A DNA stretch of 64,000 bases from Macrostomum lignano (Eukaryota), in contig NIVC01000618.1 of the NCBI GenBank assembly GCA_002269645.1, positions 186,001-250,000 of the forward strand, in the 5' to 3' direction. Every line of letters starts with the position of its first letter. Within the stretch, counting starts at the first letter, position 1. The notes under the pieces were generated by a model that saw only the letters and a list, made by a program, of their open reading frames with translations, searched no databases and was not told the DNA's origin. Positions 40,284 through 53,616 of the stretch are shown piece after piece. The position numbers and the translations under genes were made by a program.

Positions 40284-42270
40284 ATTAAAAGCATATAAGC
40301 TCATTCCAAAACTCACTTCATACTATGCATGGCACAAGTGCTATACTCTTCAAGTTGCATCTTGAAGAATTACTCTGATGCAAGATGTATCTACAAAATG
40401 CATTTGGCAATATCATGTATTGGATTGGACTTTATTGTTTCTTATTGTTCCTATTTTTTTAAAAGAAATAAGTTTATTTGATTTTTTTGAAGCCTTGTAT
40501 TTTGATAAGTCTTAAATTGACCCTGAATCTAGACAAACTTGGGTTTTGGTCTAGTTGAGTACTTGACCAAACTTTGGGGGTTCAAGCTAAGTATTTAAGC
40601 TAAGTTTTGTTAAGTAGTGAAATAGGCTTTGTTTTTAGTGAATTATTTTCCCATAAATGATGGTTCAAAATTACACCATTTTGTTATTCTGTATAAATAT
40701 TAAAAATACTTTGCGCGCTCTGTATATTATATATAGTGTCCAAGTTTTGTTTTAAATAATAAAAGAAATTTTAGTACAACTATAAGGCAGCTGAAGGCTA
40801 AGCAAAATAATTCATTTTCTTCTCAGTCCTTGCCTTTGAGCTTTTAACTCACTCAACTTACTAAGTTGAAACAAAATCAATTAGGCTCAGGAAGTTTCTT
40901 GCATTATTTATTTTGAATAGTAGATAGCAACTGCAAAAGCCTTAAGATTGGGAAAATTCAATCCATTCTTAAAGAATAAGATATCCAGATTTAGAATCAG
41001 AGAAAATTGCCTTTGTAGACAGACCACTTACCAGAAGGTGGTCATATTCAGAGATTTTATATATTGCACTAAAGCTAAAATTGAAAACTACATCAGTTAG
41101 TATTTGTAAAAGGGTATAAAAAGTAATTATTCTATAAATTAAATTCTTGCAAACAATATAATAATATTTTCTATTATATAAGACCTATATATATTAAAAG
41201 TTTTGTCCAAAACTAAAGCATCTAACTTTCTAGCACATTTAGGCATTACTAGATAGTGAATAGATCACTAATTTTAAGGCTATATTAATATATTGTAACT
41301 TGATTAATTTAAAAAATTCTCAATATTAGACAAATTTTTAAATCGTACTAATTGAATTATTAACAAAATGCTTATACAAAGCTTCTAAGTTTGAAGCAAA
41401 TATCATTAAAACACTTGATTATACAAAAATATGCACTATATTAATGCCATACTACTTTCAATAGTCCATAAAACAACAATAATTATAAAATTGCATATGT
41501 AAAATTTAGTCACTCAATAACAAACTTTGTATTCTATTATTTAGCTTATTAAATATTTAGCATTTTAGAGACTGCAAAAGGTATTCAGGTAAATTGCATT
41601 AAGCTTTCCAAAAAATCGATTATATAAAACTAAAATATATTCTAATTTGGAATAAAGTTTTTCTGCAGCCTGTCATCAAGTTTCAAAAATTAATCCTCTT
41701 CCCCCACTAATCCTGTTGTTAGGTCTCCCACCTACACATGTTCGATAATAATTACAACCTACTAATAGCACTAAGAAGACTGCATTGCCCTCATAAGACG
41801 CAAAAGTGAGGGCAGCGCAAAATATGGGATGGGTAGTGCTCACTCGGCTTCGCGCTCACTCCCTCTTCTCAGCAATTGGACACTGGGCGCCACTGCCAGC
41901 AGCGGGAGGGTGGGTGGAGAAGGCGAGCCAAATGCTCCAGTGCCGAGAGTAAGAGGAGGCGGCGCCTTGCAGGATGTCTGGACAGGGGGAGGGGGTGAAC
42001 TCTGGTTAAGAGAGTGAGGACATCCGCGCCATTCTCCTTCGATTCGTTCGCTCGTTTTAAGGCCGCACGCTTGGTCAAGGCTGCCGCGAGTAGGTTGGGG
42101 AAGGCTAGAGGTGTCTGCTTCTGTTGCCGTGCAAAATTTATGAAGGCAGCTCATTCGCACTGTGCAAGTATAAGATATGTTTCCTTGAGATATGGCGCTG
42201 CTAGCAAGATTAGTTTTGAACTAATATAAATATATATAGGTGCCAGGAAATTTGACAATCACACAAAACA

Positions 42271-45200
42271 ATGTGGCCCTTCAACAAGCACCGATGGAAG
42301 CCACCGCATTGCAATCCGGCAGATTCTTCAAGCGACAGCAGCAGCCGGCGACAGCAGCCGGTTGTGCCCGCATCGCAGCCGGCCGACAGTGCCAACGGCA
42401 CCTCCCCGACTGAGGCCGGGCCGCCGCAGCGCTGGCTGTTCTCGCAGGTGAAAGGCACCGCCTGGGAGGAGGTCAGTGAGCAGGATATAATCTCATGCGT
42501 TGAGTTCAACCACACCGGCCAGCTGCTGGCTACCGGGGACAAAGGCGGCAGGATAGTGGTGTTCCAGCGAGCCTCCAACGGCCTGTACAATGTCTATTCC
42601 ACTTTCACTAGCCATGAGCCCGAGTTCGACTATTTAAAATCCTTGGAGATCGAAGAGAAAATCAATAAAATTCGTTGGCTACCCCGTCAGAATGCCGCGC
42701 ACTGTTTATTGTCAACCAATGATAAAACTGTTAAATTCTGGCGCGTCAGCGAGAAGGACCGGGTGATGGAGCCGCCGGAGGCTGACCCGGAGGGGCCCGA
42801 GCTTCGGCTGCCTCGCTACGCTCCGGCCGAGTTAGTTGTGGAAGCGGCGCCTCGAAGGGTGTTTGCCAATGCTCACACCTACCATATCAATGCTATCTCG
42901 GTTAATAGCGACCAGGAAACCTTTCTTAGCGCTGACGATCTGCGAGTGAATCTCTGGCATCTGCAGGTGGGTTTTGTATCTGTTTTACTCGGATTTTAGC
43001 TCCCTGTGATGATTTGATTTCAACTTTTTATTCCTTGAATTGGAATCTATGTTGATTAAATTGTAATTTAGATTGTTTATATATCGGGATTCAGATCCCT
43101 GGAATTTGGATTATGGGATTCAGATCCCCGGAATTTGGATTATGGGATTCAGATCCCTGGAATTGGGATTATGGGTTTCAGATCCCTGGAATTGGGATTA
43201 TGGGTTTCAGATCCCCGGAATTGGGATTATGGGTTTCAGATCCTTGGAAATGGGATTATGGGATTCAGATCCCTGGAATTGGGATTATGGGTTTCAGATC
43301 CTTGGAATTGGGATTATGGGATTCAGATCCCTGGAATTGGGATTATGGGTTTCAGATCCTTGGAATTGGGATTATGGGATTCAGATCCCCGGAATTTGGA
43401 TTATGGGTTTCAGATCCCTGGAATTTGGATTATGGGATTCAGATCACTGGAATTGGGATTATGGGTTTCAGATCCCTGGAATTGGGATTATGGGATTCAG
43501 ATCCTCGGAATTTGGATTATGGGATTCAGATCCCTGGAATTGGGATTATGGGATTCAGATCCCCGGAATTTGGATTATGGGTTTCAGATCCCTGGAATTT
43601 GGATTATGGGATTCAGATCACTGGAATTGGAATTATGGGTTTCAGATCCCTGGAATTGGGATTATGGGATTCAGATCCCCGGAATTTGGATTATGGGTTT
43701 CAGATCCCTGGAATTGGAATTATGGGTTTCAGATCCCTGGAATTGGGATTATGGGATTCAGATCCTCGGAATTTGGATAATGGGATTCAGATCCCTGGAA
43801 TTGGGATTATGGGTTTCAGATCCCTGGAATTGGGATTATGGGTTTCAGATCCCTGGAATTGGGATTATGGGTTTCAGATCCCTGGAATTGGGATTATGGG
43901 TTTCAGATCCCCGGAATTAGGAGATTCTGGCATTCAGATCCCCGGAATTAGAGATTCTGGCATTCAGATAGGGACTTTGGGATTCAGATCCCTGAAATTG
44001 GGAGATTCTGGCGTTGAAATCCCTAGAATTGGGATTTAATGTTTCAAATCTTATTCTGGAATTTGATCCCACCTGCCCACCAGATCACGGACCAGAGCTA
44101 CAACATAGTCGACATCAAGCCGGCCAACATGGAAGATCTCACAGAGGTGATCACCGCGGCCGAGTTCCATCCCAGCCACTGCCACCTGTTTGTGTACTCG
44201 AGCAGCAAGGGCTCCGTACGGCTGTGCGACATGCGACAGCGGGCCCTCTGCGACCAGCACGCCGCCATCTACGAGGAGGCTGACGACCCGGCTAATCGGT
44301 CCTTCTTCTCCGAGATTATCTCCTCTATTAGCGATGTGAAATTTTCACATTCCGGTCGGTACCTGCTTAGTAGAGATTATTTGCAGCTTAAAGGTGAGTT
44401 GTGTTGCTTTTTTAGCTAGTAGATTTGCGGTCGAAATGAATAGCTTTGCAATCAAGATTTGATAGCTTTGGAATCAAGATTTGATAGCTTCGGAATCAAG
44501 ATTTGATAGCTTTGGAATCCAGATTTGATAGCTTTGGAATCAAGATTTGATAGCTTAGGAATCAAGATTTGATAGCTTCGGAATCAAGATTTGATAGCTT
44601 TGGAATCAAGATTTGATAGCTTTGGAATCAAGATTTGATAGCTTAGGAATCAAGATTTGATAGCTTTGGAATCAAGATTTGATAGCTTAGGAATCAAGAT
44701 TTGATAGCTTTGGAATCAAGATTTGATAGCTTTGGAATCAAGATTTGATAGCTTAGGAATCAAGATTTGATAGCTTTGGAATCAAGATTTGATAGCTTTG
44801 GAATCAAGATTTGATAGCTTAGGAATCAAGATTTGATAGCTTTGGAATCAAGATTTGATAGCTTTGGAATCAAGATTTGATAGCTTTGGAATCAAGATTT
44901 GATAGCTTTGGAATCAAGATTTGATAGCTTTGGAATCAAGATTTGATAGCTTTGCAATCAAGATTTGATAGCTTCGGAATCAAGATTTGATAGCTTTGGA
45001 ATCAAGATTTGATAGCTTTGGAATCAAGATTTGATAGCTTTGCAATCAAGATTTGATAGCTTTGCAATCAAGATTTGATAGCTTTGGAATCAAGATTTGA
45101 TATCAGGATTTAGACAGATTTCAGATCAGGGTTGAGACAGCTATGAGATCAGGGTTGAGACAGCTATGAGATCAGGGTTGAGACAGCTCTGAGATCAGGG

Positions 45201-47040
45201 TTCAGACAGCTCTGAGATCAGGGTTGAGACAGCTCTGAGATCGAGAGGATTTCTCTCTCGAGAAGAATTGATAGAATTTGTAGAATAAATAATGACTAGT
45301 TAGGGCAGGTGCAAAGTGACTATCTATCCTCACCCTTGCCTGAATCGATGTGGGATTTCGACAAAAAAGACAGGGAAAAAACAGGGCAGCAGGTGGGGAG
45401 TGCTCGTAATTTGCTTCTTCTGCAAAGCAGATTCGAGTTTCCACTTTACTTGTCTGCATGTATCTGCTTTGAGGATTATTTCAATTCTCCCCTCTCGCTC
45501 GCCTTTTAATTAGAACGGTCATCTTCTAGCTTCTAAAGATCCGCCTTTGCTCGTCGCCATTTTCAGTGTGGGACATGAACATGTGCAAGAAGCCAATCGA
45601 GGTCTATCCGGTGCACGAGCATTTCAGGCGGAATCTGTGCGCCCTGTACGAGAACGACTGCATATTTGACAAGTTTGAGTGCTGCTGGTCTGGAGATGAC
45701 AAGTAGGCTTTGGCTTTGCCGGCTTTCGTTTAAATTTATTTGAAGGCGAATACTATGCTCAGGTGCAGCGGGGAGAGTGGGAAGAGCGGGTAGGAGTAAG
45801 GGAATAGACAAAATGCAGGGAGCAGACTAACAGGATGCAGGGAGCAGACTAACAGGATGCAGGGAACAGACTAACAGGATGCAGGGAACAGACTAACAGG
45901 ATGCAGGGAGCAGACTAACATGATGCAGGGAGCAGACTAACAGGATGCAGGGAGCAGACTAGACTGGATGCAGGGAGCAGACTAACAGGATGCAGGGAAC
46001 AGACTAGACTGGATGCTGGGAGCAGACTAGACTGGATGCAGGGAGCAGACTAACAGGATGCAGGGAACAGACTAACAGGATGCAGGGAGCAGACTAACAG
46101 GATGCAGGGAGCAGACTAACAGGATGCAGGGAGCAGACTAGACTGGATGCAGGGAGCAGACTAACAGGATGCAGGGAGCAGACTAGACTGGATGCAGGGA
46201 GCAGACTAGACTGGATGCAGGGGGCAGACTAACAGGATGCAGGGAGCAGACTAACAGGATGCAGGGAGCAGACTAGACTGGATGCAGGGAGCAGACTAAC
46301 AGGATGCAGGGAACAGACTAGACTGGATGCTGGGAGCAGACTAACAGGATGCAGGGAGCAGACTAACAGGATGCAGGGAGCAGACTAGACTGGATGCAGG
46401 GAGCAGACTAACAGGATGCAGGGAGCAGACTAACAGGATGCAGGGAGCAGACTAGACTGGATGCGGGGAGCAGACTAACAGGATGCAGGGAGCAGACTAA
46501 CAGGATGCAGGGAGCAGACTAGACTGGATGCAGGGAGCAGATTAACAGGATGCAGGGAGCAGACTAACAGGATGCAGGGAGCAGACTAACAGGATGCAGG
46601 GAGCAGACTAGACTGGATGCAGGGAGCAGATTAACAGGATGCAGGGAGCAGACTAACAGGATGCAGGGAGCAGATCACCGTCTGGAGGACCATGGCGGAT
46701 ATCAAATGTGTTTGGCTGACCCGCCGCCACCCTATCCAGGCTGGTGTTCACCGGCTCCTACAACAACCTGTGGCGCGTGTTCAACCGGCAGCAGGGCTCC
46801 GAGCTCACCCTGGAGGCCAGCCGAGACGGCATGTCGCCTGGCACGGAGCTGCGCCCTCGCCGGGTTGTCCAGTCGGGCTCGAAGGCGCCCCAGCAGAACC
46901 CGGGCGGCCTGGCCGAGCCAGTCTCAGCCGACAGTCTCGACTTGCAGAAGAAGATTCTCCACCTGGCCTGCCATCCCGGCGACAGCTGCTTGGCTCTGGC
47001 GGCCACCAACAATCTGTACATGATTGCCGGGGCGCGGTGA
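42271..47040 (+). CDS. PPP2R2A: Serine/threonine-protein phosphatase 2A 55-kDa regulatory subunit B (B55/twins), 4 exons, ~480 aa
   Basis: Exons 42271-42966, 44084-44393, 45567-45702 and 46740-47040. Motifs: [108 protein letters not shown]. The specific paralog cannot be resolved, and the start codon is less certain than the rest. Confidence 0.95.
43085..44035. repeat. 29-bp minisatellite in B55 intron 1 (GGGATTCAGATCCCTGGAATTGGGATTAT)
   Basis: Direct tandem repeats. Confidence 0.96.
44440..45243. repeat. 22-bp (GATTTGATAGCTTTGGAATCAA) and 23-bp (GATCAGGGTTGAGACAGCTATGA) minisatellites in B55 intron 2
   Basis: Arrays at 44440-45102 and 45124-45243. Confidence 0.95.
45814..46675. repeat. 22-bp minisatellite in B55 intron 3 (GATGCAGGGAGCAGACTAACAG)
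   Basis: Direct tandem repeats with two alternating variants (ACTAACAG/ACTAGACTG). Confidence 0.96.
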
Positions 47041-47111
47041 CCGGATTCCTGCTGGCTGACACTTCTGTCTGTTCGTTCTGCCCTTGTCCTACGGTCGCTC
47101 GGCCTCTGTCT

Positions 47112-47690
47112 TACCCTATCAGCTCTTTGTCTCACCCTATCGGGTCTTTGTCAAACCCTATCAGCTCTTTGTGTCACCCTGTCGGGTCTTTGTCAAACCC
47201 TATCAGCTCTTTGTCTCACCCTATCGGGTCTGTCAAACCCTATCAGCTCTTTGTCTCACCTTATCAGCTCTTTGTGTCACCCTGTCGGGTCTTTGTCAAA
47301 CCCTATCAACTCTTGGTCTCACCCTATCGTCTCTTTGTCTCATTCTATCATTCCTATCAACTCTTTGTCTCACCCTATCAGCTCTTTGTCTCACCCTGTT
47401 AGGTCTTTGTCAGTCTTTGTCAAACCCTATCAGCTCTTTGTCTCACCTTATCAGCTCTTTGTGTCACCCTGTCGGGTCTTTGTCAAACCCTATCAACTCT
47501 TGGTCTCACCCTATCGTCTCTTTGTCTCACTCTATCAACTCTTTGTCTCACCCTATCAGCTCTTTGTCTCACTCTATCAGCTCTTTGTCTCACTCTATCA
47601 GCTCTTTGTCTCACTCTATCAACTCTTTGTCTCACCCCATTGGGTCTTTGTCAAACCCTATCAGCTCTTTGTCTCACCTTATCGGTTCTT
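47112..47690. repeat. 21-bp minisatellite just downstream of the B55 stop (CACCCTATCAGCTCTTTGTCT)
   Basis: Imperfect direct repeats. Confidence 0.92.
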
Positions 47691-49471
47691 TGTTGCAACC
47701 TGTCGGTCCTTTGTCTCTCAATCCTCGCACCTCGAATATTTGTCTCACCCTCTCCTCATCCCAACTCAATAATCCTCATTCCCACCCTACTCAAATGCAA
47801 CCTTCAGAAGAGCTGCTGATCATCATTAGTGGGGAATTTTTCATGCAGATCAAACTAACAAGCTGTGCCGAGTTTTTGTCCTATATTCTCAATTCCCCCC
47901 GTCTGTTGCATCGTTGTTGAGTCGCTTTCTGGCTGCGTATCCATGGAAACGGGGATTTTAAAACTATAACAGTTAGTGTTAGTTGCTAGCTATTAAATGC
48001 TCCATTTTCAATATCGCGTGAAACATGTTTGTCCTCACTTTGTCAATAGCGTCAATACTAACAGTACTTGGCTCAATAAAATTATATTTATGAAATTGGC
48101 GCACTGTGCTACTATACAGTTTATTAAGTAGTATCGTGCGAAAAGTCAATAATAGGAGCTTATCTACTATTAAGGTAGTTTAAATAGGTGAATATATTAC
48201 TTACAGTATTCAGAAGTGTTCTAAGCGACAGCAATCCTCGCTAGTGCAATATTCTTATCTCGCAGGGAAGCGTGTTGGCTGAATCATTCGTCCATTGCTA
48301 TATTGTTATATTCTTTTTGTTTGTACAACATCGAACTGCAAATTCAAAGCAATGCAGGATCGGTTTTTTGTTATTTTTGCAGCTATTTTAATTCTAATAA
48401 AGACTGTCTTTAAGTTCCTACTGAAAGTTTCCATATTTTTTTAAATTTTATTTTCACCTCTGGCGTTTTCTTAAATCCCAGCTGTCGTTCAGGCTATTAA
48501 ACTGCATATTTGGTAGGTTTCGTACGCTTACTGAGAGAATTGCTGATGCTGAGATGTCAAGGCTGACAAACCCTATCAGCTTGCCGACATTTAGTTTATT
48601 CAAAAAATCATTCCATTATTTGTTGCTTGGCCAACGGGGGGCTGCTCAGTCAGCCAGTTTGCTAGAACTTTGGACTGGCTTGGAGAAGCCCCCAATACTC
48701 CCAAGAACTGGGAGCGCGAGCTAGGCTAGGCACAAGTTGCTTTCAGTTAAGTCACAGTATCCCTTTAGCAGCGGTAGTGTGGGTCTTGCCCATAGACATC
48801 AGCACACAGAATGATGCCAGCAGCAACCTCTCATAGAAATCATGTTTAAACACCAACTTCCAAGCAGTAAAGATCAGAATTATCAACTTGACTGACTTCT
48901 GTCTTGGCCATAGACAGCTGAAAGTGAACTCTTTGTCCGTGGATATGCGATTATAGCCTCTAGCAATTGATAATTCATCTCGTGTTCAGTGTCTTTCCTT
49001 GTCGATTTCGACCTTTGTCTGCGAGCGAGCGCTGCCCAAATCAACGATTATAATATTGAACGCCCTGTGTTATCTGCCTGTCTCATGTGTACTTGCAAAA
49101 TCTAAATGTGCATAATAGTAACTATTATTATTAATTATTTAAATGAAAAATTTCAACAATGCAAATTGATTCCAACCCCAATCATTATATGGGAACTGTG
49201 CAATGTTCATCTAAACATTCAGTTTTTTCTTGTTTTTTATTTAAACAACACGCGTGAAGCTACTATTAGTAGTAGTAGTAGAAATTCGACAAAAACAGAT
49301 AATGAAATATGGACGGAGTTTACTATTTGCTGTAATTATTTAGAAATGCACTCTGGTGCAAAAGTTAGCGGGGTTGGCCACTTTGTACATGTACACAATG
49401 TACAGTGAGTAAACAGACACAAACAGCAACGGTCAGCATCCCACGCAGCCTCATCAACAGGTGAGCTCTCT

Positions 49472-52221
49472 TTACCATTTATCCCCGTCAGGATCCCCGG
49501 CTGCCTCATCCTCCGTCTCGGTGTCCCTCGCAGCCTCCGCTCTCTGCAGCCAATCGTCGCGCATCGCAGCGTCGAATGCTTCCCGGATACGCCGCTCCTG
49601 CACGGTGTCCTCCGCCTCGCCATCGTCTTGCGACGGCGGCGGCAGTCGGCAAGCGTCCAGCGCCGCCCGCGCCAATGGCAGGTCGTCGCGGCAGACGCGG
49701 AGGAAGGCGTCCCGACAGGCCTCCGACGGGTGGCGCAGCAGGCGGTCGTGTGCGGCGAGCACGCGGTCGAGCGGCGGCGCCAAGCTGTTGCGGGCGTGCG
49801 CGCCAAACTGCCGCGCCCCGGCGCGCAGACCGGCCAGCGTCGAGGCCAAAAAATCGTCCAACTTTCGTTGATTTGTCGACAATTCGTCGATTGAACGACG
49901 CAGGGCGACGCGTTCGGCGTCGACGGCCGACAGGCGACTTCGCAGGGCTTTTAGGGCGGCTTCAAGGGCGGCGCGCGACTCGGCGGTGCGGCAGTCGGCC
50001 AGGTGCCGCGCGATGGCCGGGCCAGAGGCGGCTTCGAGGAGGCCGGCGCCGAGTTTAGGCAGCGGCCGGCGCTGCTGCAGGCAGGGCGCCAGGAGGCTGA
50101 GCTCCATCAGTTGCGCGCCAGCGGCTTCGATGCGCGACTCAGCGGCGATCAGCCCGGCGGTCAGGGCGGCCTCGGCGCGTCCGCCAGCGATGGGCAGCGG
50201 CCGGGCGGCGGCCAGCAGCGGCCGGAGGCCGGACAAGCGGCCGTGAAGGTCGGCGAGGTCGGCCTCGAGCTGGCCAACTCTGGGGGGGGGGGGAGTGCGG
50301 ATTGCCCTACCAGTTGAAAGCACTACCGTGACAATGATCGCTATGAACTCGTTGCAAACAACTCTCTGGTGACTCTGAGGCCACTCTTGTGACTTTTTAA
50401 CGACTCAAACGACTTGTTGCGCCTGCGCAACGCACGGAATGCGGCTGCGCACGGAATCGAACCAGGGGGTTGTGCAGGCGCGAGTCGGACGCGTTCACCT
50501 CAAAGCTGCTCCGCCCCTATGGAACCCAGCATGATCATGATTTCACTAACTTGGCCAAATTGAGAAACGCCAGTCCTCTGGCAGACTCTGCGACCTCTTT
50601 GAGCGTAACACTGCCGCAGCGTAGAAACGCATTGGGTATTAGAAACGACTGATGATGGAGATCATTGATTGCGCTGTCCGCCTGCTTGGTGAGGCTGTGC
50701 CGCAGGCGCGACGCCTCCTGCGTGAGCCGCATCAGGTCCGCCCGGGACACCGACACGTTTGGAGAACCGCGAGCCGCCTCGCTGCCGATGGCCGCCTGGC
50801 ACAGCTGGGTGAGCTCAGCCAGCCTGTCACGGGGGAAGCGGGGCTGCGTGCTCAATCAGCTGCTCAAGCAATAGCCATTTGAGTAGGCAGACTCTTGCTG
50901 TGGTTAATATTCTAGCATATAGAGAATCCTGATATATGTAGCTAGACACCAAGTCAAATGTCTGAAGAAGCCAATCTGATATCTAGAGAAAAGTGAAAAA
51001 AGTCTAAAGAATCTAAAGATCTAAAGAATCTAAAGAAACTGATCCAATATCTAGAGATAAAACTTACATATCTAGAGAAATCAACTAGATATCTAGAGCA
51101 CAGAATAAATATTCTGTGATCTAGAGATACAAATTAGATATCTAAAAAAACAGATTCGATACCTTGAGAAATCAATTAGATATCTAGAGAAAGCGATTCA
51201 ATATCTAGAAAAACAAATCAGACATCTAGAGAAATCGATCGACATCTAGAGAAACCAATTGGGACATCTAGAGAAACAAATTTAATATCTGGAAAAACAG
51301 CTCCAATATCTAAAGAAAGCCAGACCGAAGCCAGGCCAAGTTTGGCTTTCCTCTTGCCCGCTTGTGTCTGACTTTGACCTATTTTACTGCTCTCTCATTG
51401 GCTGAGCTAGATTGGGCCTGCTCCCAAATGCTCTCTCATTGGCTGAGCTAGATTAGGCCTGCTCCCTACTGCTCTCTCATTGGCTGAGCTAGATTGCCTG
51501 CTTCATACTGGGTCTGCTCCATACTGCTCTCTCATTGGCTGAGCTCGATTGGGCCTGCTTCCTACTGCTCTATTATTGACTGAGCTAGATTTGGCCTGCC
51601 CCCTAGGCTAAGTTTCGTCTCTTTTGCGTTCATTTGCGTACATCGAGTCAAATTCTTAACCCCATATGCTTCTGAGGCTGCAAGCCACGAGGAAGGAAAA
51701 GAAAATTTAGCTGCCACAAGAAATTTAAGTGACACTACGCAGGCAAACTACTGAAAAAAAGAGTAGACGCTTTACTTTTTAACAACTTCAGTTGCGAGTG
51801 GCATATCTAAATATTCTAGTGCCCGTGGATGTAAAACACTGAAAAACTAATTCAAATAATGTCCAGAAAAGTCAAACCTGTCAGCCAGAGCAACCGTCGA
51901 CTCCCGCCTCTGTCCGATCGAATCCGACATGAGCAGCAGCTGGCGCTCCAGTTGAACAATTTGACATTTCAGCATGAACACCCGCCGCCTATCGAGGCAT
52001 TCGCGACGGCACTCTTCCAGCACGAATCCAATTAGACTCTGCAGATCGTCTGGGCCGTTGGCTTCTGTTTGAACAGCTTGGTGCTGGCAGCGTTTTGAAC
52101 CACCCCGCTGCTGCCTGTGGGCAGCAAAGCCAGCTGAGGTTGGCTGGGTGAGCAGGGGTGGCAGCTGCTGCTGAGCTGACTGAGGCCTGCTGGCAGGTTG
52201 AGAGCCTGCTCTGGCTGACAT
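49472..52221 (-). CDS. Uncharacterised Ala/Leu/Arg-rich, probably coiled-coil protein (partial multi-exon model)
   Basis: GC-rich coding-like blocks at 51878-52221 (LEECRRECLDRRRVFMLKCQIVQLERQLLL), ~50551-50890 and 49472/49476-50279. The donor at 50550 and acceptor at 50279 are phase-compatible. The junction at ~50850-51878 is unresolved (possible frameshift or missing exon). Confidence 0.6.
51385..51600. repeat. ~40-bp tandem repeat carrying ATTGG (CCAAT) motifs, preceded by degenerate ATATCTAGAGAAA repeats (51030-51315)
   Basis: TGCTCTCTCATTGGCTGAGCTAGATT occurs about 5 times. Confidence 0.8.
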
Positions 52222-53570
52222 TGTCTGCAATTAGTTATTGCTTTCAATGAAGTTTTTGAAGGCTCAAGATTTTTGTTAATAAGCTTATACTCATGGCCAT
52301 TGGTAAAGAAAAGTTAGCAATAATTCGACAAGAAAATTTATTCATTATAAATTATTTCATTAACTATTATACCATAAAAATTGACTTATGAAATATGTTA
52401 TATATAAATTATGTGAGTAGACAGATATATATTTTACACTATTCACAAAGGTATTATGATATACTTTGGTAAATATACCTAGCTAGACTTTTACAATAAT
52501 AAATACTTACTGATATATAATTTTAATCATTAATAAAGCATATTGCTGACAACCAATACATATATGTTAATAATAAATCTATAAGATTTTAAAAACATAT
52601 ACCTTTGGCTTTATGGTTATATAAATTAAGCTCTATGCAATGTTATTCATGTATAATCAATAAAATTTTCTTTTACATAAACTCCCAACCCTATCTCAAA
52701 AATTAATTTTAAATTTTGGTATTTCAGTAGATTGACTATATATATTCTTTCAATTTCCTTTCAATTTGTCTCCATTTTTATAACCTAATTTTTTTCCACT
52801 GCTCATCATTTTTCCATAGTATGAACAAAATTACTAGCTTAACTATGTATTTAATAGATCATTTGCTTAACTATTTATTTAATAGAGGGCACAAAGTTGC
52901 ATTGGAGAGCAGCTATGAGGTTAAATTGCATTAACACTAAATTCAACTAATTACAGTTTACTTTGTTTCTTTGCCTTTGCCAAAGTAGACTTTACCTATA
53001 CAAATACTTATGATTTCTATACTTTTCTAGGCCTAGCTTAGCTTCTTAAGCCTATTCAAAATTTAGCAAAAATGAATTGATATACTACCTAATTTTTGCC
53101 TCTTTGGCTTTGCTAGCATATTCATACTCTCAAGTAGTAGCAATATTCGAAATAGAATGGCTGTGGGCTGTGAATTTTAAGCAGGTTAAGCAGGTATATG
53201 TCTATATAACAATAACTATATATAAAATTATATTTGTCATTATCAATTTTACAACTTGTAGGTTTTTTTGATGCATTTTGCAGACCAAGGTGCATCATCA
53301 GGTATATTGTTTGAAACAAAAGGTGTGAGTAAGCAAATTTATAAATTATGAGGCCAACTCCTCTATTAAAGGAGAAAGGGGAAGAACTCCCATCACCGGA
53401 ATTTCATTTCCCTAAAATCTATCAGCTGAATTCCATGACCTGAGTCCCATCATCCAACTCCAAAGACAAAAAATTCTTCATGAAATTGAACACCATTGAA
53501 ATGCTCTCCAGGAAACAGGATTCAGTCAAAATTTTCTCCATCAAAAAGAACTCAACTCTCAGGATTCATT

Positions 53571-53616
53571 GGTTAGGGTTAGGGTTAGATTAGGGTTAGG
53601 GTTAGGTTAGGGTTAG
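53571..53616 (+). repeat. Short interstitial telomere-like (TTAGGG)n tract
   Basis: GGTTAGGGTTAGGGTTAGATTAGGGTTAGGGTTAGGTTAGGGTTAG. Confidence 0.8.

Noticed and set aside
43073-44039. Three overlapping 235-308-aa ORFs
   Set aside because: Translation of the 29-bp intronic satellite.
47084-47920. ORFs downstream of B55
   Set aside because: Translation of the 21-bp repeat.
53571-53616. True telomere or chromosome fusion site
   Set aside because: Only ~46 bp, imperfect, single orientation, with ordinary sequence on both sides.
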